Assembly: GCA_035450685.1 (NCBI GenBank)
Contig: DAOTNF010000004.1
Location: forward strand, 42,612 to 106,611
Length of the DNA stretch: 64,000 nt
DNA from: Candidatus Cloacimonadota bacterium
GTDB lineage: Bacteria > Cloacimonadota > Cloacimonadia > Cloacimonadales > Cloacimonadaceae
Reading direction: 5' to 3'
Each line of letters starts with the position of its first letter. Position 1 is the first letter of the stretch. Below, one piece after another: positions 46,275 to 55,847 of this stretch. The notes under the pieces are model-generated. The model had not been told where the DNA came from and made no database searches. It saw only the letters and a list, made by a program, of their open reading frames with translations. Made by a program: the position numbers and the translations under genes.

Positions 46275-46766
46275 TCACTTCCTTGCCTGGCTGCCTGCTG
46301 CCAACCGGGCCAGTATCGCGCTGCTGGAAAGCCCTTCCTTAAAAGCCAGGCTGTGGACTACACCGCCCCTGCTCAAGACAAAATCCGAGCCTACTATATC
46401 TTTCACTGCCCAATCTCCGCCTTTTACAAGGACATCCGGGCAGATCAATTCTATCAGTTCAGATGGCGTATCCTGTTCAAAGATCACCACGCAATCCACG
46501 CATTCCAGGGCTGCCAAAACCAAAGCTCGTTCTTGCTGGGGGATGACCGGGCGACTGTCGCCCTTGAGCCTGGACACGCTGGAATCGCTGTTGAGCCCGA
46601 CAATGAGACGGTCTCCCAGTTCGCGGGCTTCTTCCAGATAGCATACATGGCCTGCATGCAGGATATCGAAGCAGCCGTTGGTAAACACTATTTTGCTCCC
46701 CTGCTTGCGCCAGCTTTCAAGCAGAGAGGGAAGCTCTTGCCAGGTTTTGATCTTAGCGCTGCTCAT
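46275..46766 (-). CDS. hldC: D-glycero-beta-D-manno-heptose 1-phosphate adenylyltransferase (RfaE domain II as separate gene)
   Basis: 163 aa. Cytidylyltransferase motif 'VFTNGCFDILHAGHV'. Confidence 0.85.
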   Translation of the reverse strand: MSSAKIKTWQELPSLLESWRKQGSKIVFTNGCFDILHAGHVCYLEEARELGDRLIVGLNSDSSVSRLKGDSRPVIPQQERALVLAALECVDCVVIFEQDTPSELIELICPDVLVKGGDWAVKDIVGSDFVLSRGGVVHSLAFKEGLSSSAILARLAAGSQARK

Positions 46767-47724
46767 TGTAGCTCTTCAGCAGTTCGTCCGGGCCTACGCT
46801 GGCTGTGCCCACGATGCCGCAGGCGACTCCGGCGGCGTGATTTGCCACTTTTGCCGCAAGATGGATATCCGCGCCGCTCACGTAAGCCAGGGTCAGAGCG
46901 CTGATGACGGTGTCGCCGGCTCCGGAAACGTCAAACACTTCCCGAGCCGCGGTGGGCAGGTGCCTGGCTTGTTTGCCGCCGTCGAAAACATACATTCCCA
47001 GACTGCCTCTGGTCACAATCAGGTTTTTGATCTGCATCTCGCTGCGCAATTGGCTGGCAGCAGCCAGAAACTCGTCCTCGCTTTCAAATTCCATATCCAG
47101 AATGTCCTGCAATTCGCGGAAATTGGGTTTGAAGATATCCACTCCCCGATACTGCCTGAAATTCCTATGTTTGGGATCAACGGCCACTGGAATGCCCAGA
47201 CTTTTTGCCAGTTCCAAAGCCCCGGAGATCACCTCTCTGGTCAATACCCCCTTGTTGTAATCTTCAATAATCAGCGCCTGGCAGCCGGGAAGAAGCCTGC
47301 GCAAGCTGTCAAGGAGGGCTGTCCGGGCTTCGTTTCCCAGGTCAATTTGGGTCTCGCGGTCGATACGTACGATCTGCTGGTTCGTTGCTACGATCCTGGT
47401 CTTCAGGGTTGTCTTTCTGTCCGGATCGGCGATCAAACCGTCAGTTGCCAGGCCTTTGCGCTCCATTATCTGTTTCAGGTCTTGCGCCGCGCTGTCCCTG
47501 CCGGTCACGCCAAGCAAGATTGCATCCCCGCCCAGGGATTTTACGTTCAACGCAGCGTTTGCGGCGCCACCCAGGCGGAACTCCTCTTTCTGAGCTTCCA
47601 GGACAGGCACGGGCGCTTCGGCGGAAATGCGCTCCACCTTGCCCCAGATGTAATGATCCAGCATGATGTCGCCCAGAACGAGGACGCGTTGCTTGCCAAA
47701 CTTGGCCAGAAACTCCCTGATCAT
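46753..47724 (-). CDS. hldA: D-glycero-beta-D-manno-heptose-7-phosphate kinase (RfaE domain I, PfkB family)
   Basis: Start at MIREFLAKFGKQRVLVLGD (47724, 3 nt after the purF stop). PfkB signatures 'GGAANAALN' and 'DVSGAGDTVISAL'. Confidence 0.85.
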   Translation of the reverse strand: MIREFLAKFGKQRVLVLGDIMLDHYIWGKVERISAEAPVPVLEAQKEEFRLGGAANAALNVKSLGGDAILLGVTGRDSAAQDLKQIMERKGLATDGLIADPDRKTTLKTRIVATNQQIVRIDRETQIDLGNEARTALLDSLRRLLPGCQALIIEDYNKGVLTREVISGALELAKSLGIPVAVDPKHRNFRQYRGVDIFKPNFRELQDILDMEFESEDEFLAAASQLRSEMQIKNLIVTRGSLGMYVFDGGKQARHLPTAAREVFDVSGAGDTVISALTLAYVSGADIHLAAKVANHAAGVACGIVGTASVGPDELLKSYNEQR

Positions 47725-49088
47725 GATTTCTCCAGTGGATACTGGCCGTTGAAGCAGGCGTAGCAATACTCGTCCGGACTGTGCAGGCAAGCTCTCAGTT
47801 CATCCAGTTCCAGGTGCTTGAGGCTGTCAACCCCCGTCCGTTGCCGGATTTCTTCCAGGCTGAAGCGGTTTGCCACCAGTTCTTCGGGATGGGGCGTATC
47901 GATGCCGTAATGGCAGGAATGGCACACCTGGGGCGAGCCGATGCGCAGGTGTATCTCAGCCGCTCCGGCTCTTTTGATTATCTTCACTATCTTGCGGATG
48001 GTGGTTCCCCTCACGATTGAGTCGTCAATCAACACCACTCTTTTGCCTTCAAAGAAGTTGGGCAGGGCGTTGAATTTCTGATGCACGCTCTCGTCGCGGA
48101 TGGTCTGTTCCGGTTTGATAAAGGTTCGTCCGACATAGTGGTTGCGGATCAGGCCTATGGAAAGTGGGATGCCTTTTTCTGCCGCGTATCCCACCCCGAT
48201 AAAGTTAGACGAGTCCGGCACGGGCACCACGCAGTCCGCCTGCAGATCGGGGTCTTTTTGGGCAAGCCGGGCACCGATCTTTTCCCTCACGTCAAACACG
48301 TTTTCGCCAAAATGGAAACTGTCCGGACGCGAGAAATAGATGTGTTCAAAACTGCAATAGGCATTTCTGTGCCGTTCCCGGTAAAGATTGGGATCGTTTT
48401 CCATCACTGTGGTTCCCTCGCTGTTTACCCTGATGATTCCGGCTGGAGGCACTTCCCGCCGCTCCAGTACACCCAGGATATCCAGGACGCAGCTTTCAGA
48501 GGCTACCACCACAGCCCCGTCCCGGGTTTTGCCCCACACCATGGGCCGGATGCTGAGCGGATCGCGAAACATGTAGAGTTCGCTGCGGGTGCAGAATACG
48601 CTGGAATACGCGCCTTTGATATCGCGCATCAACAGGCGGATGGCGTCAGCGATTTCCCGTCCCTGGGAGATTTGCCAGGCAATGTATTTGACCAGCAGCT
48701 CGCCATCGTTGTCGCTGTTGAAATAGACGTTTTCCGCTTCCAGTTTGGCCCTTACGGCGGCATAGTTGACGAGGTCGCCATTGCTGGCCAGGGCGTAGGA
48801 AGGGCCAAAGAGGGTCTCCACCAGGTGGGGTTGCGAGTTGAAGCTGGTGGCGCTGCCTTTGGTGGGATAGCGGACATGGCCGATAGCCAGGCTGCCGGGC
48901 AGGGAATCCAGCACATCTTCGTGGAAAACATCCTTCACCAGGCCCATGCTCTTGTGCAGCCTCACCACCTTGCCATCGCTCACAGCCATGCCGCAGCTTT
49001 CCTGGCCCCGGTGTTGCTCGGTAAACAGCCCCAGTGTCGCAAGATTGGCAGCTTCAGGGCTGCCGAATACGCCTATGATCCCGCACAT
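47721..49088 (-). CDS. purF: amidophosphoribosyltransferase
   Basis: 455 aa. N-terminal nucleophile 'MCGIIGVFG'. PRT motif 'VVLIDDSIVRGTT'. C-terminal Cys cluster. Confidence 0.95.
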   Translation of the reverse strand: MCGIIGVFGSPEAANLATLGLFTEQHRGQESCGMAVSDGKVVRLHKSMGLVKDVFHEDVLDSLPGSLAIGHVRYPTKGSATSFNSQPHLVETLFGPSYALASNGDLVNYAAVRAKLEAENVYFNSDNDGELLVKYIAWQISQGREIADAIRLLMRDIKGAYSSVFCTRSELYMFRDPLSIRPMVWGKTRDGAVVVASESCVLDILGVLERREVPPAGIIRVNSEGTTVMENDPNLYRERHRNAYCSFEHIYFSRPDSFHFGENVFDVREKIGARLAQKDPDLQADCVVPVPDSSNFIGVGYAAEKGIPLSIGLIRNHYVGRTFIKPEQTIRDESVHQKFNALPNFFEGKRVVLIDDSIVRGTTIRKIVKIIKRAGAAEIHLRIGSPQVCHSCHYGIDTPHPEELVANRFSLEEIRQRTGVDSLKHLELDELRACLHSPDEYCYACFNGQYPLEKS

Positions 49089-49747
49089 CAGCTTTTCCCT
49101 TTGCCGGAAAAATCCAGCTTGTTCTCACGCTTTTCAAGCAAGCGCAGAATGTTTTCCTGATGCTTGTAGATGATCAGCGCCGCCACCACCATGGTGAACC
49201 ACGGAATGGAAGGAGCTCCGGAATGATACCAGTTCCAAAAGAATTGAGCCAGGCAGAGAAAAAGCACCCCGGTCACGGATGCCAGGGAAACATAGCGGGT
49301 GAGAGCCACGATCAGCACAAAGAATATCAGGGTGGCAAAAAGCGGAACGGGAGCCGCATAGATGAACACGCCCGCTGCAGTGGCAACGCCTTTGCCTCCC
49401 TTTCCTCCCAGAAAGATGGAGTACATGTGCCCCAAAATGACCATCAGGGCAGGCAACAGAGCCACGAATGGATCGATGGGGCTATCGAACAGGGCGGGAA
49501 AACAGGCGGGGATCACGCGCAGGCAGAGCCAGGCCACGCAGAAGCCTTTGAGAAGGTCAAACAGCAGCACCAGGACTCCGGTTCCCGCGCCAAACTGGCG
49601 CAGGGCGTTGGTGGCTCCGATATTTCCGCTGCCGCCGCTACGGATGTCCTTGCGGTGCAACAGCCTGCCAAGCAGGTAACCGAAGGGGACGCTGCCGAGC
49701 AGATAGCTGGCGGCGCATACGATTAGCCAGAGAAGCGGGAAAGTCAT
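49088..49747 (-). CDS. plsY: glycerol-3-phosphate acyltransferase PlsY
   Basis: 219 aa. 'GSGNIGATNALR', 'GGKGVAT'. Multi-TM. Confidence 0.9.
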   Translation of the reverse strand: MTFPLLWLIVCAASYLLGSVPFGYLLGRLLHRKDIRSGGSGNIGATNALRQFGAGTGVLVLLFDLLKGFCVAWLCLRVIPACFPALFDSPIDPFVALLPALMVILGHMYSIFLGGKGGKGVATAAGVFIYAAPVPLFATLIFFVLIVALTRYVSLASVTGVLFLCLAQFFWNWYHSGAPSIPWFTMVVAALIIYKHQENILRLLEKRENKLDFSGKGKS

Positions 49748-51081
49748 TGTTCCAACTCGCTTTCTTTTTTACCTTTAAAAATTAACTTGATGCTCACGCC
49801 TTCGAAGGAGAACATGTCCCTGATCTGATTTTGCAGGTAGCGGCGGTAGTTCTCGCTCACCAGGGCGGGCTGATTGCAGAAAAAGACGAAGGTGGGGGGC
49901 TTGACCGCCGCCTGGGTCACATAGTGGATCTTGACATGCTTGCCCGTTTTGTGTGTGGGTGGGCGGCGCTCCACAACCTGTTCCATAAAGCGGTTCAGTT
50001 CGCTGGTGCTGATCCTCTTTTTGCTTTCTTCCTCGATCTTGACCACCATTTCCATCACCCGGTTGATGCGCTGGCCTGTTTTGGCGGAGATGAACAGCAC
50101 CGGAGCGTATTGCAAAAATGGCATCTCCTCGTGCAGGCTGGCTATGAACCTGCCGGTGCTGCCGCTGTCCTTTTCCACCAGATCCCATTTGTTGAAGACC
50201 ACCATCACTTCCTTGTGCCTGCGTTTGGCGTAGGAGGCGATCTTCACATCCTGGGCGGAAAGGGGCTCATCGGCAGCCAGCACGATAACCACCACATCCG
50301 AGCGGTCAACCGCTTCGATGGTGCGCATCACGCTGTAATATTCCACTCCATAGTTGACCTTGGTCTTGCGCCGCAGTCCTGCTGTGTCGATCAAGATATA
50401 TTCGTTTCCATGATAGCGGAAGACACTGTCGATGGCATCCCTCGTGGTGCCGGGCACATCTGTCACGATCTGTTTTTCCTGCCCCAAAAGCAGGTTGACG
50501 ATGGAGGACTTGCCCACATTGGGTTTGCCTACCACGGCTATCTTGATGCGTTCATCGGCGGGTTCATCCGCCGCGGCTTGGGTATCCGGCATCAGTTTGA
50601 GCAGCTCATCCAGGAAGTTTCCGGTGTTGCGTCCGTGACTGGCTGAGATGGGGAAGGGGTCGCCATAGCCAAGCTGCAAAAAGTCGTAGAGTTCCCACTC
50701 AAACTTCTCGCTGTCTGTTTTGTTGGCTACCAGCATCACCTTATCCCGGTGGGGATAGAGGATGCGGGCTATCTCGCGGTCGATGTCGGTGCTTCCGGTT
50801 TGAGCGTCCACCATAAAGATGATCAGGTCGGATTCATCGATGGCCAGGATGGCCTGATGCCGGATCATCTTGTCCATCGCTTCGCCGCTGTCAAAAACAA
50901 TGCCTCCGGTATCCACCAGCTTGAAAACCTTGCCGTTCCATTCCACGTCTTCATATTTGCGGTCTCGCGTGATACCCGCTTCCGGATCCACAATAGCCAC
51001 CCGCTTACGGCATAAGCGGTTGAATAACGTGGATTTGCCCACGTTGGGGCGTCCCACTATGGAGACAACGTGTTTCCTCAT
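49744..51081 (-). CDS. der: ribosome-associated GTPase Der (EngA)
   Basis: 445 aa. Tandem GTPase domains 'GRPNVGKSTLFN' and 'GKPNVGKSSIVN', two 'DTAG/DTGG' motifs, KH-like C-terminus. Confidence 0.95.
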   Translation of the reverse strand: MRKHVVSIVGRPNVGKSTLFNRLCRKRVAIVDPEAGITRDRKYEDVEWNGKVFKLVDTGGIVFDSGEAMDKMIRHQAILAIDESDLIIFMVDAQTGSTDIDREIARILYPHRDKVMLVANKTDSEKFEWELYDFLQLGYGDPFPISASHGRNTGNFLDELLKLMPDTQAAADEPADERIKIAVVGKPNVGKSSIVNLLLGQEKQIVTDVPGTTRDAIDSVFRYHGNEYILIDTAGLRRKTKVNYGVEYYSVMRTIEAVDRSDVVVIVLAADEPLSAQDVKIASYAKRRHKEVMVVFNKWDLVEKDSGSTGRFIASLHEEMPFLQYAPVLFISAKTGQRINRVMEMVVKIEEESKKRISTSELNRFMEQVVERRPPTHKTGKHVKIHYVTQAAVKPPTFVFFCNQPALVSENYRRYLQNQIRDMFSFEGVSIKLIFKGKKESELEQ

Positions 51082-51211
51082 TGTGCTTTTCTCATTTCAA
51101 GCTGATTTTTGGCGCAAGTCTTTTCTCAGCCGCTATTTTGTCAATGGCTTAGTGCTTCACGCGGTTGGATGGCACGCCAGGGGGATTCAGGTTTTGCCAA
51201 AGCGCCTGGAT

Positions 51212-52279
51212 TCAGGAGCAGACCTCAGCCGCCAGGCCGCCTGCGGTGAGCTGGGAAAGATAGAGGTCAGGGCAGGCGTTGATTTCCAGGATCACCGGCC
51301 CGTTGACCGACACCGCCACGTCCCATCCTGCGAATTCCAGTTCGTGGAAGGCGTGGCATGCTCTTTCAACCAGGTTTTTCAGCTCCTGCCAATGCTCCAC
51401 CGTCACGTCTTCGAAGCGGATTCCGCTGTTGGGATGCGCCTCATAACTCAGCGTGTCGTAAAAAGCTGTGCCCACCCTGTCCAGTCTGCCAGTTTCCAGA
51501 TTCACATTCAAAGCCAGGCCGCCCTTGTGCATATTGTCCACAACCTGGCCGTCCCTGCCAAAGCGGATGCTGGCGGCGAGTATCTTTGCCTGGCCACGCC
51601 GGTAGCGGCTCAGCACCCTGATCGAGTTTACGGAATCGGGATAGACCCGGCTCAGGGACTCGCATTGCTCAACGCCAGGCTGCAGGATGAACGGGCGTTT
51701 TCCGCAGCGCTGCCTGATCTGTTGCGCAGATAGTATCTCACCGCCGTGTTTGAAGTTGCCATCGGCATTGAGGTCGTAGGCAAAGATATCCGTGCCAAGC
51801 CTGCCCATACTGTATTTGAGGATCAATCTGCCTGATTTCTGGCTTTGGATCAGGACGTCGGCGGCGCTGTCCGTCAGAGGCTGGCCATCCGCGCCGTAAA
51901 AGCGTCTTCCCCTGTATTTGAGGATTATGCCCGGATGCGGAAGGCCATAGCGTTCCATCAGGTCTGCAAATAGGCTTTTATCCCTGCAGATGATGCTGTA
52001 ATTGTGGGGAGTGTGGGCTCGTTGCGAAATCCTCCACCAAGTGGTGGGAGGCACGTAGCTCTTCATTTGGGCAAGGCTGAGCTGGCAGTCCTTCGCGAAC
52101 ATCCGGTGCTGGAAATACTGCTGGGGAAATGCGCGCCAATGCAGGCTGAGGGCCAGGAATTCCCAGATCTGCCGCGCCAATGGTTTGCGTGGCTTCACCA
52201 TCCTGTAGCTGTCAACGCACTCCCCCAATATGGAGTAGAACCCCTTTATCCTTTCAACGTAAGCTTTGATTATATACAT
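51212..52279 (-). CDS. ATP-grasp protein, 'sugar-transfer associated' / alpha-L-glutamate-ligase-related type
   Basis: 355 aa. 'RDKSLFADLMERYGLPHP', 'DNMHKGGLALNVNLETGRL', 'AGWDVAVSVNGPVILEINACPD' fit the ATP-grasp C-terminal lobe. The family call is from memory of PF14397-like proteins. Confidence 0.6.
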   Translation of the reverse strand: MYIIKAYVERIKGFYSILGECVDSYRMVKPRKPLARQIWEFLALSLHWRAFPQQYFQHRMFAKDCQLSLAQMKSYVPPTTWWRISQRAHTPHNYSIICRDKSLFADLMERYGLPHPGIILKYRGRRFYGADGQPLTDSAADVLIQSQKSGRLILKYSMGRLGTDIFAYDLNADGNFKHGGEILSAQQIRQRCGKRPFILQPGVEQCESLSRVYPDSVNSIRVLSRYRRGQAKILAASIRFGRDGQVVDNMHKGGLALNVNLETGRLDRVGTAFYDTLSYEAHPNSGIRFEDVTVEHWQELKNLVERACHAFHELEFAGWDVAVSVNGPVILEINACPDLYLSQLTAGGLAAEVCS

Positions 52280-52383
52280 GCTGTTCCCTGTCGCTTTTTC
52301 TTTGGCAAGCCATGGTTGCTCATCTTTTCCACCGCTTGGGTTCAGTCAAGAAAAACCGCATCACTTCAGTTTTAAATATTGTC

Positions 52384-52895
52384 CACGAATTACACGAATT
52401 ATAAAGGGTGGAAAGGTGAAATGGTGGAAAGGAGCCCTGAAAACAAGCACCCCAGACCATACTCCGTGTCATCCCGGGCAGACGGGGCCCCTCTGGGGTG
52501 GCTGACCCGGGATCCAGTCTTTTAGAAACGCCCACGAATTACACGAATTAACACGAATTATAAGAACAGGATTGGGGCAAGTGTCCAGCCAAAAAACAAC
52601 CACCCGATACCGAAACAAAGCCCCCCAGACTACCAACCGTGTCATCACGGCCTGAGAGCTGTGATCCAGTCTTTTAGAAACAACCACCCGACCCCGAAAC
52701 AAACCACACCAAACCATAAAACTGTGTCATCACGGCCTGCGAGCCGTGATCCAGTCTTTTAAAAACAATCACCCGACCACAAAACAAAGCGCATCAGACA
52801 CCAACCCGTGTCATCCCGGGCAAGCCGGGGTCCTCGACGGATCGGCAACGATCCGTTGGGGTGAGATAGCTTGCCCCGGGATCCAGTCTTTTAAG
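52384..52895 (+). repeat. modular repeat locus B: CACGAATTA mini-repeats, GGTGGAAA module and four tandem hairpin 'U' units
   Basis: U units (GTGTCATC...GATCCAGTCTTTTARAAAC) at 52466-52529, 52639-52681, 52724-52766, 52808-52895. (CACGAATTA)2-3 at 52384-52401 and 52533-52560. GGGTGGAAAGGTGAAATGGTGGAAAGG at 52407-52433. Confidence 0.8.
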
Positions 52896-52918
52896 GCTTC
52901 AAACAACCACCATAAACA

Positions 52919-55294
52919 TCACCTGACAAGCGTAACCTTTTTACTCAACGCCCCTATCCCATTGACCTTCAGGTTGAGAATGTAAACACCGCTGGAACAC
53001 TGCCTGCCAGCTTCATCCCTGCCATCCCAATAGCTGAATTGCTCACCTGCCTTGCCGGGATCAAGCGCGATGCTCTTTACTCTTTGTCCCTTGATGTTGT
53101 AGATGTCTATGCTTGTGCTTGTTACCCTTGTTTTGTTATTACACTGATTGGAGGACAGAATAACCTTGAGATTGGTGAAAACCGTAAAGGGATTGGGATA
53201 GGCGGCAAGCTTCGGGGCAGGTAGCTCCGGAACCACCGGATCGTCAATGGCAACCCAGGGCTCTGCTCCATACTCATAACAGCCCATGTCGATGCGACCA
53301 TCCCAGATGCGCCAGTTGCCTGCCAGATCGTAAGGAAGCAGGCCAAGGCCCTCCGTGTCCGGAGTCCCGCAGTTGATGCAGGGTGAGGCGGCGGAAAGGC
53401 TGTAATAGAGCGGATCGTTGGTATCATCACCACCCAGAAAGAGGGGGTTGCCAGTGATATTGGTATCAGAGTAGTTAATTGTACAACCAATCCATGGCCA
53501 AATATCGCTATAACCATTCCTGATCAGGTTGTTTTCGAGGGTCAATGTAGTGGGGATACCTGTCCCATCCATGGGATTGATGGCGATTTCCTTGGACCTG
53601 TTGTTATAAAATATGCAGTTGGAGATTGTTACATTCCCATTTACCATCAGAGCTTCGCCGTTACCGGTATGCCCGGAAAAGGTGCAATTGGTGATGTTCA
53701 TCTCCGGATATGTGTGTCCAACTATTAACACACCTCTTTCGTTGCAGTTTATATTCGAAAACAAACAGTTCCGGAACGTATAATACTGTTGTGATTGGGG
53801 ATTTAAAACTCCACCAAAACAAATAGCCTGAGCATCATCATCCGCCATTGATAGATTAGTAAATATTGAATTCTCTACTGTAAAACTCTGTCCTGCCGAT
53901 GTCCATATTAAAGGCTTTGCCCACACTTGATTACTGGTATATGTTGATGCTGCGTTTCTGAAAACTGAGTTCCGGATTGTTCCGGTGATGTAGCCATCAG
54001 TATATAACATTCCCATTTGGTCGGTTGTTATATCCTCGATCGTAATACCATCCCAAAATACATTTGAAGCCCGTGAAATATCTATCACTGCATACAAATC
54101 CGGACTCAGTTCATGCATCCTGAGGTTTTTCAGGTGCAGCGCTTCTTCCTCAAAGCCCCAGATAGCACAACTGTTGTCCGATCCGGTGGAAGTGATGGAC
54201 AGGTCCTCCAGGCTGGCATTGCTCTGATAAAAGCTTGTGAATACATTTAAAGGATTGTATTGCACATTGGCATAAAATGGGTCCATCTCACCCACTACCT
54301 GGGTCTCCTCAATCCCTGCACCCCTGACCCTTACCCAGCTTTTTAAAGGTATTGGAAACACCTGCTGGTTGACGGTGCGGGAATAGGTGCCCGGAAGCAG
54401 GTGTACCGTCTTAGGGTTCGAGCTGTCGGAGGCAACCCTGTAGATTGCCGTTCTGATTGTCTTGAGGGCTGTCGCGGGACTCAAACCGTCGTTGGCGTCG
54501 TCTCCCTCCGGAGACACGTATAGGTCGTGGTTGATCTCCTGGTGATGGAACGCCTGGGCGTCTATCAGCAGTTCAAATTCATTGCCGGAAGCCCTTAAAG
54601 CTGCGGCGTAGAAACTGCTGGGATTGGTTACCGTGAACATCTCGAGGGGAATGCTCAGGTCATTGTTGATCGAGTGGGCAACTATATCCTGTCCTGCCCC
54701 GGCTGTGTTGTTGTATATGGAACAGCGGTTAACCGGATCAAAGGTAACGTTTACTGACCCCATGTAGCCATTGATGTATATACCACCTGCCATTATATAA
54801 GCATAATTGTCAAATATCCGAACCCCACTCAGCACTGTCGTGCTCTTAAATATGTTTATGCCTGCTCCGTATGGAGAAGCATTTCCAAACAGTGAACAAT
54901 TTGTAATTACTGATGTGCTATTCTCCCCTAATGATATTCCTGTCCTGCTATTAGTTATGGAAAAGCCACGGATACTGATGTTCTGGACATTTTGGTTGAC
55001 TCTTATGCCTCGCGCATTCAGGCCGCCATCAATGATGGTTGAAGCAATATATGAGGGGTCATTGGATGAATATTCCAAACTTACGATAACGATATTGTTT
55101 ACAGAAATATTTACATTCTCCATATACCTGCCCGGGTACACAAGAATTGAATCCCCGGGTGACGATGCTGTAACCGCCGTTTGAATACTGGAATATTGCC
55201 CTGCTCCGTTGATATCGACAATTCTGGTTACGGCACGCAGCCCCATGCCCATCAAACACAAGAGCCCGGCTATGATCCATCTATATCTTTGCAT
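52919..55294 (-). CDS. secreted right-handed beta-helix (pectate-lyase-fold) protein with FlgD-Ig/T9SS-type C-terminal sorting domain
   Basis: Start at MQRYRWIIAGLLCLMGMGLRA (55294, RBS GGGAG). Many 'N..I.N..F.N' parallel beta-helix turns. C-terminal 'AAYPNPFTVFTNL...IDIYNIKGQRV...WDGRDEAG..SGVYILNL'. Confidence 0.8.
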   Translation of the reverse strand: MQRYRWIIAGLLCLMGMGLRAVTRIVDINGAGQYSSIQTAVTASSPGDSILVYPGRYMENVNISVNNIVIVSLEYSSNDPSYIASTIIDGGLNARGIRVNQNVQNISIRGFSITNSRTGISLGENSTSVITNCSLFGNASPYGAGINIFKSTTVLSGVRIFDNYAYIMAGGIYINGYMGSVNVTFDPVNRCSIYNNTAGAGQDIVAHSINNDLSIPLEMFTVTNPSSFYAAALRASGNEFELLIDAQAFHHQEINHDLYVSPEGDDANDGLSPATALKTIRTAIYRVASDSSNPKTVHLLPGTYSRTVNQQVFPIPLKSWVRVRGAGIEETQVVGEMDPFYANVQYNPLNVFTSFYQSNASLEDLSITSTGSDNSCAIWGFEEEALHLKNLRMHELSPDLYAVIDISRASNVFWDGITIEDITTDQMGMLYTDGYITGTIRNSVFRNAASTYTSNQVWAKPLIWTSAGQSFTVENSIFTNLSMADDDAQAICFGGVLNPQSQQYYTFRNCLFSNINCNERGVLIVGHTYPEMNITNCTFSGHTGNGEALMVNGNVTISNCIFYNNRSKEIAINPMDGTGIPTTLTLENNLIRNGYSDIWPWIGCTINYSDTNITGNPLFLGGDDTNDPLYYSLSAASPCINCGTPDTEGLGLLPYDLAGNWRIWDGRIDMGCYEYGAEPWVAIDDPVVPELPAPKLAAYPNPFTVFTNLKVILSSNQCNNKTRVTSTSIDIYNIKGQRVKSIALDPGKAGEQFSYWDGRDEAGRQCSSGVYILNLKVNGIGALSKKVTLVR

Positions 55295-55847
55295 GTCAAC
55301 TCCCATAAGCGGGGAGGGCATAAAGCTGTGCCCCAGATGCTGGCGCAAGACTCCACCCCTTGTTTTTACGGCTCTTTGAGGGCATACGGCACTCCTCGTT
55401 ACTAACAATCTTATTATTGCAAAGCTACTAAGCGCATTTTATCATCTGATAATTACAGGTCAAGTTCTTTTTTCTCTTTGTCGGTATCCGCGGCTGACGC
55501 CGTATGATATTCTTTGCTTTTGCGTTATCACAATTTACTTTTTTCTGGCATGACATTCTTCCGTTTGCAGTTTCATACTTTGCTTTATTTGAGTATGATG
55601 ATCTTGCGTTTGTGTTTTCATTACTGGCTCTCTGTCCGCATGAAGTCCAAGAGCCAACTTGTCTGGAGGCAGTTTGCAGTCTGGTAAGGCTCTTGAACTC
55701 CATGCTGGCTGTGTTTGGAGTTCGAGACGGCAATATAGGTTTCATGCTTATGCAAGTCCTGAAGCCGGCTCGGACTTCAAACATTATTATCAAACACTGG
55801 CTCCCAGCTCAAGCGGTTCACACATATTTACGCGGATAATATAAGGG

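Noticed and set aside
55700-55740. tRNA or tmRNA-like T-arm (GGAGTTCGAGACGG).
   Set aside because: No complementary stem, acceptor stem or anticodon arm can be drawn around it.
55428-55839. Two mutually overlapping ORFs (121 aa on the minus strand, 111 aa on the plus strand) in the gene-free gap.
   Set aside because: Neither has a Shine-Dalgarno sequence or a recognisable domain. One is basic and low-complexity. I left them unannotated and flagged the region as a gap instead.
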